Both the position numbers and the translations under genes were made by a program. Shown one piece after another: positions 1 through 12,230 of a stretch of 64,000 nt of DNA; position 1 is the stretch's first letter; every line of letters begins with the position of its first letter. Under the pieces are notes generated by a model. It had not been told where the DNA came from. It ran no database searches and was given only the letters and a program-made list of their open reading frames with translations. The stretch lies in the NCBI RefSeq assembly GCF_963921235.1, contig NC_086108.1, positions 95,854,001 to 95,918,000 of the forward strand, read 5' to 3'. This DNA comes from Mobula hypostoma (taxonomy: Eukaryota).

Positions 1-1998
1 GATTTAGAAATTCCTTGTCTGCAGAAGGCAGAGGGTTGTGGTGGAGGGAGTATATTCAGACTGGAGGGTTGTGACTAGTGGTGTCCCACAAAGATCGGTT
101 CTGGGACCTCTACTTTTCATGATTTTTATTAACGACCTGGATGTGGGGGTAGAAGGGTGGGCTGGCAAGTTTGCAGATGACACAAAGGTTGGTGGTGTTG
201 TAGATAGTGTAGAGGATTGTCAAAGTTTGCAGAGAGACATTGATAGGATGCAGAAGTGGGCTGAGAAGTGGCAGATGGAGTTCAAACTGGAGAAGTGTGA
301 GGTGGTACACTTTGGAAGGACAAACTCCAAGGCAGAGTCAAAGTAAATGGCAGGATACTTGGTAGTGTGGAGGAGCAGAGGGATCTGGAGGTACATGTCC
401 ACAGATCCCTGAAAGTTGCCTCACAGGTAGATAGGGTAGTTAAGAAAGTTTATGGGGTGTTAGCTTTCATAACTCGAGGGGTAGAGTTTAAGAGTCGTGA
501 TGTAATGATGCAGCTCTATAAAACTCTGGTTAGGCCACACTTGGAGTACTGTATCCAGTTCTGGTCACCTCACTATAGGAAGGATGTGGATGCATTGGAA
601 AAGGTACAGAGGAGATTCACCAGGATGTTGCCTGGCTTAGAGAGTATGCATTATGATCGGAGATTAAGGGAGCTAGGTCTTTACTCTCTGGAGAGAAGGA
701 GGATGAGAGGAGACATGATAGAGGTGTACAAGGGGCTCCACAGGGGACTGTCTTGTCTCCCTTTCTCTTCACCATTTACACCTCGGACTTCAACTACTGC
801 ACAGAGTCTTGACATCTTCAGAAATTTTCTGATGACTCTGCCATAGTTGGATGCATCAGCAAGGGAGATGAGGCTGAGTACAGGGCTACGGTAGGAAACT
901 TTGTCACATGGTGTGAGCAGAATTATCTGCAGCTTAATGTGAAAAAGACTAAGGAGCTGGTGGTAGACCTGAGGAGAGCTAAGGTACCGGTGACCCCTGT
1001 TGCCATCCCGGGGGTCAGTGTGGACATGGTGGAGGATTACAAATACCTGGGGATACGAATTGACAATAAACTGGACTGGTCAAAGAACACTGAGGCTGTC
1101 TACAAGGAAGGTCAGAGCCGTCTCTATTTCCTGAGGAGACTGAGGTCCTTTAACATCTGCCGGACGATGCTGAGGATGTTCTACGATTCTGTGGTGGCCA
1201 GTGCTATCATATTTGCTGTTGTGTGCTGGGGAAGCAGGCTGAGGGTAGCAGACACCAACAGAATCAACAAACTCATTCGTAAGGCCAGTGATGTTGTGGG
1301 GATGGAACTGGACTCTCTCATGGTGGTGTCTGAAAAGAGGATGCTGTCTAAGTTGCATGCTATCTTGGACAAAGTCTCCCATCCACTACATAGTGTACTG
1401 GTTGGGCACAGGAGTACATTCAGTCAGAGACTCATTCCACTGAGATGCAACACAGAGCGTCATAGGAAGTAATTCCTGGCTGTGGCCATCAAACTTTACA
1501 ACTCCCCCCTCGGAGGGTCAGACACCCTGAACCAATAGGCTGGTCCTGAACTTATTTCCTGGCATAATTTACATATTACTATTTAACTATTACTATTTAT
1601 TATTTATGGTGTAATTGTAATGAAAACCAATTTCCCTCAGGATCAATAAAGTATGACTATGACTAATAAGAGGAATAGATAGAGTGGACAGCCAGCGACT
1701 CTTCCCCAGGGCACCACTGCTCAATACAAGAGGACATGACTTTAAGGTAAGGGGTGGGAAGTTAAAGTGGGATATTAGAGGAAGGGTTTTTACTCAGAGA
1801 GTGGTTGGTGTGTGGAATGCACTGCCTGCCTGAGTCAGTGGTGGAGGCAGATACACTAGTGAAGTTTAAGAGACTGCTAGACAGGTATATGGAGGAATTT
1901 AACGTGGGGGGTTATATGGGAGGCAGGGTTTAAGGGTTGGCATAACATTGTGGGCTGAAGGGCCTGTACTGTGCTGTACTATTCTATGTTCTATGTTC
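1..1998 (+). mobile_element. CR1 LINE 3' part (RT and C-terminus), interrupted at 733-1664
   Basis: [15 protein letters not shown] and YKTLVRPHLEYC motifs; in-frame stop near 344; ends in ctatgttctatgttc tail; same family as 53818-56010. Confidence 0.92.
733..1664 (+). mobile_element. Rex1/Babar-type LINE, 5'-truncated, nested in CR1
   Basis: GAPQGTVLSPFLF, KFSDDSAIVG and QSRLYFLRRLRSFNIC motifs; ends caataaagtatgactatgact; the CR1 frame resumes after it. Confidence 0.85.
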
Positions 1999-2965
1999 AA
2001 AGTAAATTGGAGGGAGCTGCTGGCAGGGATGTCAGCAGAGCAGCAATGGCTTGAGTTTCTGGGAAAAATGAGGAAGGTGCAGGATAGATGTATTCCAAAG
2101 ACAAAGAAATACTCAAATGGCAAAATAGTACAACTGTGGCTGGCAAGGGAAGTCAAAGCTAATGTCAAAGCAAAAGAGAGGGCATACAACAAAACAAAAA
2201 TTAGTGGGAAGATAGAGGATTGGAAAGCTTTAAAAAGCTACAGAGAGCAACTAAAAGAATCATTACGAGGGAAAAGACAAAATATGAAAGCAAGCTAGCA
2301 AACAATATCAGAGTGGATAGTAAAAGCTTTTACAAGTATGTAAAAATAAAAGAGAGATGAGAGTGGATATAGGACCACTAGAAAATGAGGCCGGAGAAAT
2401 AATAACGGGGGACAAGGAGATGACAGATGAGCTAAATGAGTATTTTGCATCAGTCTTCACTGTTGAAGACACTAGCAGTGTGCCAGATGTTGAAGGGTGT
2501 GAAGGAAGAGAAGTGAGTGCAGGTATTATTACAAGGAAGAAGGTGCTCAAAAGGCTGAAAGACCTAAAGGTACATGTCACCCAGACCAGATGAACTGCAC
2601 CTTAGAGTTCTGAAAGAGGTAGTGGTACAGATTGTGGAGGCATTAGAAATGATCTTTCAAAAATCATTGGACTCTGGCAAGGTGCCAGAGGACTGGAACA
2701 TTGCAAATGTCGCTGCACTTTTTAAGGACAGAGGAAGGCAGCAGAAAGAAAATTATACACCAGTTAGCCTGACCTCAGTGGGTGGGAAAATGTTGGAATC
2801 AATTGTTAAGGATGAGGTGATGGAGTTCCTGGTGACAAAGGACAAGATAGGACAAAGTCAGCATGGTTTCCTTAAGGGAAAACCTTGCCTGATGAAGCTG
2901 TCGGAATTCTCTGAAGGAGTTACTAACAGGATAGATAAAGGAAATGCAGTGGATGTTGTATATTT
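1999..2965 (+). mobile_element. Degraded CR1 ORF2 internal fragment
   Basis: LNEYFASVFT, VPEDWNIANV, YTPVSLTSV and QHGFLKGK motifs split across frameshifted ORFs. Confidence 0.85.
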
Positions 2966-3519
2966 AGGGTGGAATTTGAATGTGCAGAAGATATCTTCCA
3001 AGATGCCTCATAAGAGATTAAAGTCACAGAACGGGAGCCAATGGTGCTGTATATTGGAACGTACAGAGGACTGGACAACGCATTTATCTTAAGCAGAATA
3101 ATGGCTACATTTATCTAGGAATTTCTACAGCGTTCAATTGCAATGCAACCCTGTATGATTTCACAGTGAGACTAAATGTTTCCTGAGCTCCAGCTGCATG
3201 CAATGCTTCCTTGGTAACTTCGGATGCCTCATCATTTTTTCACATAACCATATGCTCCTGTGAAGCAGGCTCTGCCTATCTTATGTTGCTGTTCTGAACT
3301 TCATTTACAATCATCAGAAATAATACTTTCTTACCCTTGAAATGGAGCAGGATTGAAGCTCACAGATTTCTTAGGGAATTACACTATGCCTAATTGTGTT
3401 TATATATTGCATTCAAATCAGGAAAGCATCAAAGGAATTTTTAATGGAGCGTTACAAAATATGATTTCACCCGCAAATGTCACCATTCTTCCGGTACCAG
3501 CGTAGCTCATTTGCCCTAA

Positions 3520-3672
3520 CCATCCATCTTTGGACTGTGGGAGGACACTAGAGGATCGGGTAAACCCACGCGTCAGGGCGAGAACATACAGACTCCTTAC
3601 AGAGTGTGGCAGGAACTGAACCCCCATCTGTGATCACTGGTGCTGTAAAAGCATTATCCTAACCACTACTGT
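3520..3672 (-). mobile_element. V-SINE (HE1-like) remnant
   Basis: tttggactgtgggagg...aaacccacgc...gagaacatacagactcc (reverse complement of V-domain) followed by a reversed B-box-like segment. Confidence 0.65.
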
Positions 3673-3727
3673 GTCACTCTACAATACTACTTACAATATT
3701 GGTCTCCTTATTTAAGGAAGGATATTA

Positions 3728-4372
3728 GGGCGGGAGGAGAAGATGGCGGTGCGACACAGCGTGCGCGGCTCTCCGGTGAAATGATATCGTATTTGTTAAA
3801 TAGGGGCCGTGCACAATTCTGATTTGATGGAGACAGCCATGAGGAGCATGGAGGAACATCTGGAGTAACTTCTGAAATGCCTGGTTCGCTGCCGCTGCTA
3901 CTGTGCGATCGAGAATCTCCGGAGGGAAGGCCCCAAAATCCTCGGCTTTGCCTGCTGCTGGCAGCCGGGGCTGGGGTTGAAGTATTCAGCAGAGATGGTA
4001 CTTGGTGCTCGGTGTCGGAGGGCTGGACGGAGCTCAAAGTTTTTGGACGACTCAGAGTCGGACTGTGGTCGGGTATGGCAAGGAGATTTTTCTTCCTTCT
4101 CCCGCCTGCGTGAGATGTGGGACTTTCGAGAGACTTTGAAATTTTTACCGTGTTAATGGCCTGTTCTTCATCAAGTTACGGTATTGCTTGCACTGTTGTA
4201 ACTATATGTTATAATTATGTGGGTTTTGTCAGTTTTTCAGTCTTGGTCTGTCCTGTGTTTCTGTGATATCACACTGGAGGAATATTGTATCATTTCTTAA
4301 TGCATGCATTACTAAATGACAATAAAAGAGGACTGCGTGTCCTCATAATCTAATCTAATCTAATCTAATCTA
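3728..4372 (+). mobile_element. Non-autonomous retroelement with CpG-rich 5' end and (TAATC)n tail
   Basis: Starts gcgggaggagaagatggcg, ends caataaaagag...(taatc)5; no credible ORF; sits inside a CR1 remnant (WSPYLRKDI ... NALGAVQ). Confidence 0.6.
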
Positions 4373-4374
4373 AT

Positions 4375-5465
4375 ACACTCCTCCAAGAGGATCACAACCT
4401 TGTTGTGGTTTGGAGGCTTGTGTGCCTCAATGACCCGTAGAGCTATGTCAGCTGGAGTCAGGGCTTTATGCTTTGGCTCTTGATAGGGTCACCCATGCTA
4501 AACAGGTCAAAGGGCAGAGGCCAGACTAAGAGTGGTCCACCAGTCCTCCAGGTTCAGGGAATCAACTCAGGGCTAACAACCCTGACTGGTCAAACAAAAC
4601 TGTTACGGAAACAGCAATGAAGAATTCTATATCTGAGTGAGACGGTATTCCTGAGCCTCCACCCAGGACTTCTTACTTTATACATTATTGTCGCCAAACA
4701 ATTGATACTAGAACATAAAATCATCACAGCGATAGTTGATTCTGTGCTTCACGCTCCCTGGTGTACAAATCGATAGTAAATATTAAAAATTTAAATTATA
4801 AATCATAAATAGAAAATAGAAAAGGGAAAGTAAGGTAGTGCAAAAAAAAACGAGAGGCATGTCTGGATATTTGGGGGGTATGGCCCAGATCTGGGTCGGG
4901 ATCCGTGCAGCAGTCTGATCACAATTGGAAAGAAGCTGTTCCCAAATCTGGCCATACGAGTCTTCAAGCTCCTGACCCTTCTCCCGGAGGGAATAGGGAT
5001 GAAAAGTGTGTTGACTGGGTTGGTCGTGTCCCTGATTATCCTGGCAGCACTGCTCCGACAGCGTGCGGTGTAAAGTGAGTCCAAAGATGGAAGATTGGTT
5101 TGTGTGATGTGCTGGGCTGTGTTCACGATCTTCTGCTGCTTCTTCCGGTCTTGGACAGGACAACTTCCATACCAGGTTGTGATGCACCCTAGAAGAATGC
5201 TTTCTACAGTGCATCTGTAAAAATTAGTGAGGGTTTTAGGGGACAGGCCAAATTTCTTTAGCTTTCTCAGGAAGTAAAGGCGCTGGTGGGCCTTCTTGGC
5301 AGTGGACTCTGCTTGGTTGGACCAAGTCAGGTCATTTGTGATATTGACCCTGAGGACTTGCATGGCTGACGGCGGTGAAAATCACCGACACCTTGAGAGG
5401 AAGCCCTGAACATCGCCAGAGATGGACGACCTTCAACACCGGTGGTGAGACAGGCAGAAGGGATT
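4375..5465 (+). mobile_element. RTE-clade 5'-UTR-derived non-autonomous element, interrupted at 4672-5352
   Basis: ccttgttgtgg...ggcttgtgtgcctcaatga...gagctatg...tagggtcacccatg...acaggtc...ccagac...gtggtccac resembles the conserved RTE (BovB/Expander) 5' region as I recall it; second copy at 63875-64000. Confidence 0.6.
4672..5352 (-). mobile_element. Rex1/Babar-type LINE 3' fragment with 7-bp TSD
   Basis: ORF 4803-5363 KKAHQRLYFLRKLKKFGL...FYRCTVESIL...CITTWYG; direct repeat aggactt at 4665-4671 and 5353-5359. Confidence 0.85.
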
Positions 5466-5860
5466 AATGCTTTGGGAGCAGTTCAGATAAGGTTTAGCAG
5501 GGTAATAGCTGGAACAGACAGGTTGTCTTGTGAGGAGAGATTCAACAAAAAGAGCATGTGCGCCAATAACTTCAGAAGATTGAAAGGGGATTCAATTAAA
5601 ACTTATGGAACCCTGAGGATTCTGGACATGATGAATGTTGAAAGGTTGTTTTCTCTTGTGGGAAAATTAGAACTGGTGGTCCTGGTTTGAAAATAAGGAT
5701 TATTATTTAAGACAGAGATGAGGTGAACTTTTCTCCTCAGGCAGTCCAGAGTCTTTGGACCTCTCTTCCTCAAGGAGCAGGGAGAGAGTGTCATGGAATA
5801 TTTTTGATGTAGAGGTAGGTAGATTCTTGATGGGTGAGAGGTTGAAAGGTTATCAGGCTT
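5466..5860 (+). mobile_element. Degraded CR1 3' fragment (continuation of 3700-3727)
   Basis: NALGAVQIRFSRVI...LSCEERF...RRLKGD motif; joins ggtctccttatttaaggaaggatatt at 3701. Confidence 0.7.
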
Positions 5861-5912
5861 GGACAGGAATGAAGAGTCAAGAATGACCCTGATGTTATGA
5901 AGGGAAAGAGCA

Positions 5913-5941
5913 GGTGGGGGGGGGGTGTGTGTGTGTGATTG

Positions 5942-5982
<41 letters not shown>

Positions 5983-5996
5983 CAGAGAGAGAGAAA
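5913..5996. repeat. G-run, (TG)n and (GA)n compound microsatellite
   Basis: Read directly. Confidence 0.9.
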
Positions 5997-7179
5997 GTAA
6001 GTGTGCGTATGTGTGCATGTGAGAGGTGAGGCAAACAGAACAGATTTCCTCTGTAGTACATTAGTCAATTGAGTGAGTTTTGTAACAGTCCATTAATTTC
6101 ACAGTGACTGTTATCAACAACAGATTTTACTCAACATTTACGTAATTATTAGAAAGTAAATTTCCTAGCTGCTACAGATGAACTCACATCTCATGTGCAG
6201 TGATCCAGGTTTCTCAATTACTCATCCAGTAACCATGCTCCCCTGCAGACTTTAGGTAACTACAAGTCATCCTAATATGAACGATGTGTTGGCGTGTGAG
6301 CCGGTGTATAGTATTGTCATGTGGCTTCAAGGCCCATTTACAGAGCAGCAGTATCAACATATCCGTGCTTTTTCACTGTGGAAATAAGTCGAGGCTTCAG
6401 TGAATGTTCTCAATGAGTAACAGGACTGTGAGACAAACTCAGAATTATGGTGAACTAGACTTACAGATTCTGTCTATAGAGAAGCTAGCCTCTGAATGGG
6501 CTGGCAGAGTTGTACTGAAGGAGGCAGATGTAGCACTTGCCTGGCAGAGGCTTCCATGTATTTGAATTGGACATATCCCTTGTATTAATGGGTGGGCTTT
6601 ATTTTCAAACGGTGACCACTAGTTCGGGAGGCACCCACAACAAGAAACATTCTCTCCATACCCCCAGAGACCCTTCAAGATCCTGTACATTCAATTAGAT
6701 CCCTTCTCAAATTCGAAACACTTGTAATGGCAGGAATGGTAGTCTGATAAAGGTAACACTGAAACCTGCACCTTAATTATGCCCTAACTTTGTCAAAAGG
6801 AAGGTAAAAATTTTACTATAAATTTTCATATCCTGGAAAAAGTTTTATAAAGTGCTGTAAAAGTAGAAAAATCTCCCAAAATGTTACATCTCTCAAAATA
6901 ATCTCTCAAAAAATCTCACAAAATAATCATCAGACTAAAGTTTGACACAGATTGATGTTCTGATGCAGACAAGTTTCTCCCAAAGGTGACAAGCTGGAAC
7001 TGTGTTAGCGCTAAAGAAACGATCAATTTGAAAAGAGACCAAAATAGGTCAGGCTCTCTCATGTTGCCTTCAAGCAGACGAACCTTGCAAATTGTGTCAA
7101 GATAGGACCCCGCTCATGGATTTGCTATTGTATTTATATTTGTTCATAAGAACACAAGAAAGTAGGACTAAGAAGAGGA

Positions 7180-7380
7180 CAACACACATAAAATGCTGGA
7201 GGAACTTAGCAGGTCAGGCAGCATCTGTGGAAAAGAATAAACAGTCGATGTTTCGGACCAAGATTCTTTATCAGGATGGATTTACTCAAAGTGTTTATTC
7301 TTTTTCATAGATGCTGCCTGGCCTGCTGAGATCCTCCAGCATTTTGTGTGTGTTTCTTCGATTTCCAGCATCTGCAGGTT
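7180..7380. mobile_element. Penelope-derived palindromic remnant
   Basis: Inverted arms aacacacataaaatgctggaggaacttagcaggtcaggcagcatct / agatgctgcctggcctgctgagatcctccagcattttgtgtgtgtt; same sequence as the PLE 3' end at 35864-35941. Confidence 0.75.
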
Positions 7381-7729
7381 TTCTCTTGTTTGTGAGTGGG
7401 AACAGGAGTTGGTCTCTGAGCCCTTCAGTTTTATCATGGCTAATTTGCCCAGGGCCTGGTCTCTTCTGTGGGAGTTCTCTATAGCCCTCAATTCCCCAAT
7501 CTTTCAAACATTTATTGACTCCCTCTTTACATACCCCCAATGATCTAGTCTCAAACACCATCTGGGGCAAAGAACTTCAGCAATTCACCATCTCTGTGAG
7601 AAGAACATGAAGGTGTACCTGGAGCCAAATATGGAGTGAATCATTAAAGGGCCTTTTGAGTCTGGAACCATCTGTATTAAATCTTTGCACAGGCTCTGCT
7701 TTTTTCTAACCTTACTTACAACACTATAC

Positions 7730-7878
7730 CTGAATATATTCCTGAAGTGGCTGAGGGGTCCAGAGAAAGCTTCAGGCTGGGAAAATATGTACAGATAGGC
7801 TTCGATCTCATCCGCAGTCATCCTGTACTCTTTTGTCCTAATGCCAGTGCTCTGACTTGTGAATAAGTACTTCAGCAC
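7730..7878 (-). CDS. EPHX4: EPHX4-like coding exon 6 (149 nt)
   Basis: tttttgttatag|GTG CTG AAG...TTC AG|gtatag; VLKYLFTSQSTGIRTKEYRMTADEIEAYLYIFSQPEAFSGPLSHFRNIF; lies within track ORF 7585-7878. Confidence 0.95.
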
Positions 7879-7909
7879 CTATAACAAAAAATAGTGGTTA
7901 AATGTAGAG

Positions 7910-8475
7910 TCATAGAACACTACAGCGCAGAAACAGGCCCTTCAGCCCATCTAGTCCATGCCAAGTTATTATTCTGCCTAGTCCTATAGACCTGCACCCA
8001 AACCAGAGTCCTCCTTTCCCCTTTGATCCATGTACTTGTCCAAATTTTTCTTAAATGTCGAACTCGAACCCACAGCCATCACTTCCAGTAGCAACTCGTT
8101 CCACACTCTCACCACCCTCTGAGAAATGAAATTCCCCCTCTTGTTCCCCTTAAGCATTTCACCTTTCACCCTTAACCCATGACCTCTAGTTCTTGTCTCA
8201 CCCAACTTCAGTGGAAAAACGCCTGCTTACATTTAACCTATAATTTTGTATACCTCTATCAAATCTTCCCACATTCTCTTACACACCAGGGAACTAAGTC
8301 CTAACCTATTCAACTTTTTCCTATGAGTCAGATCCTCGTCCCGCCAACATCCTTGTGCATTTTCTCTGTGCTCTTTCAATTTTATTGATATCTTTCTTGT
8401 AGGTAGGTGAGCAGAGAGGCACACAATACTCCAAATTAGGCCACACCAACATCTTATACAATTTTAACCTAACAT
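7910..8475 (-). mobile_element. CR1 3' fragment
   Basis: TRGHGLRVKG...SQRVVRVWNEL and DLIEVYKII in minus-strand ORFs; catagaacac tail. Confidence 0.8.
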
Positions 8476-8739
8476 CCCATAACAACCACGTTGTTATATG
8501 TGTGTTTATTCAGTATGCTGAAAGCACTGTCCAGCCTCTAGTTCATTAATCGGATTTCAGATTAGTTTATCGTCATATATACTGGGGTGCAATGAAATTC
8601 CTTCCTTGCCTGAAGTTCACAAAATAAACATGGTCATAGTAAACAGAACAATGAGAGAAAAACTACAGAATGTTACAAAGATTGCAGTGCTAACTCAAGT
8701 AGGGTGGAAGGAAATGCCAAAATAACGATAACGTTATTA

Positions 8740-9230
8740 TAGGACATTAATAGGAAGCTTTAGAGAGGGTGCAGAGGAGATTTGCCAGAATGTGGCCTGG
8801 ATTAGAAAACATGTCTTAGGAGAATAGGTTGTGTGAGCTAGCACTTTTCTCTTTGGAGAGAAGGAAGTTGAGAGGTGACTTGAGAGAGGTGTTCAAGACT
8901 ATGAGGTATAGACAGAGTGGACAGCTAAGAGACATTTTTCCCAGGGCGGAAATGGCTAATACAAGGGGTCAAAATTTTAGGGTGACCGGAGGAAATTATA
9001 GGGGGTGGGGGATGTCAGAGGTAAGCTTTTTTTACAAGGAGAATGGTAGGTGCATGAAATGTGCGACCTGGGGTGATGGTAGAGACAGGTATATTAGAGA
9101 CATTTGAGAGATTCTTAGATTAGCACGTGATTGAAAGAAAAAGAATGGAAGGCTGTTTGGGAGAGAATGGTGGGATTGATCTTGGAGTAGGTTAAAGGCT
9201 CAGTATAACATCATTAGCCAAAGGTTCTGT
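8740..9230 (+). mobile_element. CR1 3' fragment
   Basis: LFSLERRKLRGDLREVFK...TRG motif. Confidence 0.8.
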
Positions 9231-9449
9231 TTTTCAATCATATGCTAATCTAAGAATGTCTTAAATGTTCCCAACCAGCACCCCCGGCTGTGGGAAAGCT
9301 ATTGCAAGGTATTCTAAGGGCCTGGATATACAAGTCCTGAAGGATCTTGGGCCCAAAATGTTGACTGTTTATTCATTTCCATAGATGCTGTCTGACCTGC
9401 TGAGTTCCTCCAGCATTTTGTATGTGTTGAATCTGCAGAATTTTTTGTG

Positions 9450-11250
9450 TTTGACAAGGACTGTTTAGGGATAGTCAACATGGCTGTGTGCAGAGATAAA
9501 TTGTGTCTAACCAATCTTATAGTTTTTGAGGAAGTTACCAGGAAAGCTGATGAAGGCAAGGCAGTGGATGCTGTCTACATGGACTGCAGCAAGGTCCTGC
9601 GTGGGAGGTTGGTCAGGAATGTTGACGGTGGTGTCTCAAAAGAGGATGCTGTCCAAGTTGCATGCCATCTTGGACAATGTCTCCCATCCACTACATAATG
9701 TACTGGGTGGGCACAGGAGTACATTCAGCCAGAGACTCATTCCTCTGAGATGCAACACAGAGCGTCATAGGAAGTCATTCCTGCCTGTGGCCATCAAACT
9801 TTACAACTCCTCCCTTGGAGGGTCAGACACCCTGAGCCAATAGGCTGGTCCTGGACTTATTTCCTGGCATAATTTACATATTACTATTTAACTATTTATG
9901 GTTTTATTACTATTATTATTTATGGTGCAACTGTAACGAAAACCAATTTCCCCCCGGATCAATAAAATACGACTTTGACTATGACTATGACTATGACTAT
10001 GTTCAATTCTTGGCATTCAGGATGTGAGGTAGTAAACTGGATTAAACATTGGCTTCGCGGAAGAAGCCAGAGAGTGGTAGTAGATGGTTGTTTCGCTGAC
10101 TGCAGGCCTGTGACTAGTGGTGTACCGCAGGGATCAGTGCTGGGTCCATTGTTGTTTGTCATCTGTATCAATGATCTGGATGATAGTGAGGTGAACTGGA
10201 ACAGCATCTATGTGGACAGCTCCAAGACTGGAGGTGTAGTGGGCAGTGATGAAGACTATCAACACTTATCTAATGGGATGACAGACGTCAGAGGAGTTTA
10301 ATGAAGACATGTGTGAGGTGTTGCACTTTGGGAGGACCAACCAGGGTAGGTCTTACATGGTTAATGGTAAGACACTGAGGAGTGTGGTAGAACAAAAGGA
10401 TCTGGGAATACAGGTCCATAATTCATTGCAAGTGGTGTCACAGGTAGATGGGTCATAAAGAAAGCTTTTGGCACACTGGCCTATGTAAATGTATTGAGTA
10501 CAGGAGTTGGGATGTTATGTTGAAATTATATAAGATGTTGATGAGGCCTAATTGGAGTATTGTGTGCAGTTTTGTTCATCTAACTACAGGAAAGATGTAA
10601 GTAAGTTTGAAAGGGTACAGAGAAAATTTACAAGAATTTACAGGAGGCTTGAGGACCTGAGTTATGGGGAGAGGTTGAACAGGTTTGGACTTTATTTCCT
10701 GGAACATAGAAGACTGAGGGTAGATTTGATAGAGTTATATAAAATTATGGGGGGTATAGATAGGGTAAATGCAAGCAGGCTTTTTCCAGTGAGGTTGGGC
10801 GAACTAGAGGTCATGGGTTAAGGGTTAAGGGTGAAAGGCGAAACCATGAAATGCGAAAGTCCAGATGCTGGAAATCCAAAGCAACACACACACACACACT
10901 CACTCAAAGTGCTGGAGGAACTCAGCAGGTCAGGCAGCATCTCTGGAAATGAATGAACCACCGTTACTTCAGACAGAGACTCTTCTTCAGGACCGAAGAA
11001 GGTGAAATGTTTAAGGGGAACGTGAGGAAGAACTTCACTCAGAGTGTGGTGAGTGTGGGGAACAGGCTGCTAGAGGAAGTGGTGGATGGTTCAATGTCAA
11101 CATTTAGGAGAAATTTGGATTGGTGCATTGATGGGAGGGGTGTGGACGGTATTGGTCCGGGTGCAGATCGATGGGACTAGGCTGGCTAATGGTTCAGTAC
11201 AGAGTAGAAGAACCTGTCTCTGTGCCCCAGAGTCCTGTGACTCCATGACT
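9450..11250 (+). mobile_element. Degraded CR1 RT to 3' end with nested Rex1 (9621-10000) and Penelope remnant (~10846-10997)
   Basis: [27 protein letters not shown] and EYCVQF motifs; frame continuity across both insertions. Confidence 0.85.
9621..10000 (+). mobile_element. Rex1/Babar-type LINE 3' fragment
   Basis: Near-identical to 1320-1664; ends in (gactat)n tail. Confidence 0.85.
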
Positions 11251-11304
11251 CTAGAGGTAGGATTAAGTCTATGGAAACAAGGTGATATGTAATGCCTAAC
11301 AGTG

Positions 11305-11445
11305 ACACAATGGTGCAACTAACAGAGCTGCTGCCTAACAGTGCCAGGGACACAGGTTCAATCCTGAGCTCCACTACTGTCTGTGTGGAGTTTGCACATT
11401 TTACCTGTGACTGGGTGAATTTCCTCCCAAATCTCAAAGCCATCC
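11305..11445 (+). mobile_element. V-SINE (HE1-like) remnant
   Basis: A/B-box-like tggtgcaac...ggttcaatcc followed by gtctgtgtggagtttgcac V-domain. Confidence 0.6.
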
Positions 11446-11744
11446 GGCAGGGATTGAGGAAAATGTGAGAAGACTGAAAAGTGGGAACCGAATGCTGAAA
11501 GGTCTCATCCTGAAACGTCGACCGTACTTTTTTTCCCGGATGCTGCCTGGCCTGCTGAGTTTGTGTGCGCTGCACAGTACGGTGAAAAGGATGTTTAACG
11601 GTCAGCATAGACACAGATGAGCTGAGTGGACTGATTTAGTGCCTCACCTCTCCCTGACTCCATAAACACATTCTGTAGTAGGATGATTTGTTTTTGTTGC
11701 ACAATAGTATAGCAGTTAGCGTGTATCGCTAAATAAAATGGAAG

Positions 11745-12230
11745 GTTTAGAGAGAGTGCAGAGGAGATTTACCAGAATGCTGCCTGGGCTAGAGAGTATG
11801 CCTTATGAGGATATATTGAGCGAGCTGGGGGGATTCCTCTTTGGAGCGAAGGAGGATGAGAGATGACTTGACAGAGGTGTTCTAGATGATAAAAGGCATA
11901 GATTGAATGGACAGTCAGAGGTTTTTCCCAGGATTGAAATGGCTGATACAAGGGGTCATAATTTTAAGGTGATTGTAGCAAAGTATGGGGGGGGGGGAGG
12001 AATGTTCATTTTACACAGAGACTGGTGGATGCTTGGCATGTCCTGCCAGGGGTGGGGGTTGTAGAAGCAGATACATTAAAAGAATTTAATAAACTCTTGG
12101 ATAGGCACATGGATGATAGAAAAATGGATGCTATGTAGGAGGGAAGGGTTAGATTGATCTTAGAGTAGGTTAAAAGGTCCTCACAACATTGTTGGGCCAA
12201 GGGGCCTGTACTGTGCTATGTTCTGAGCTC
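11745..12230 (+). mobile_element. CR1 3' fragment
   Basis: gagagagtgcagaggagatttaccagaatgctgcctgg (ERVQRRFTRMLPG) through a CR1-type 3' UTR. Confidence 0.8.

Noticed and set aside
1..1998. High similarity between 1-1998 and 54950-56010 as a segmental duplication
   Set aside because: Similarity is confined to the CR1 sequence and the flanks differ; these are independent insertions of one family.
3010..3060. Minus-strand HHWLP as possible EPHX4 exon 7 (catalytic His region)
   Set aside because: No surrounding similarity to the expected WG...SHWxQQD context and an early stop; exon 7 probably lies left of the window.
7585..7729. Track ORF continuing past exon 6 as an alternative C-terminus
   Set aside because: Similarity to EPHX4 ends at the GT donor at 7729; the read-through is ordinary intron sequence.
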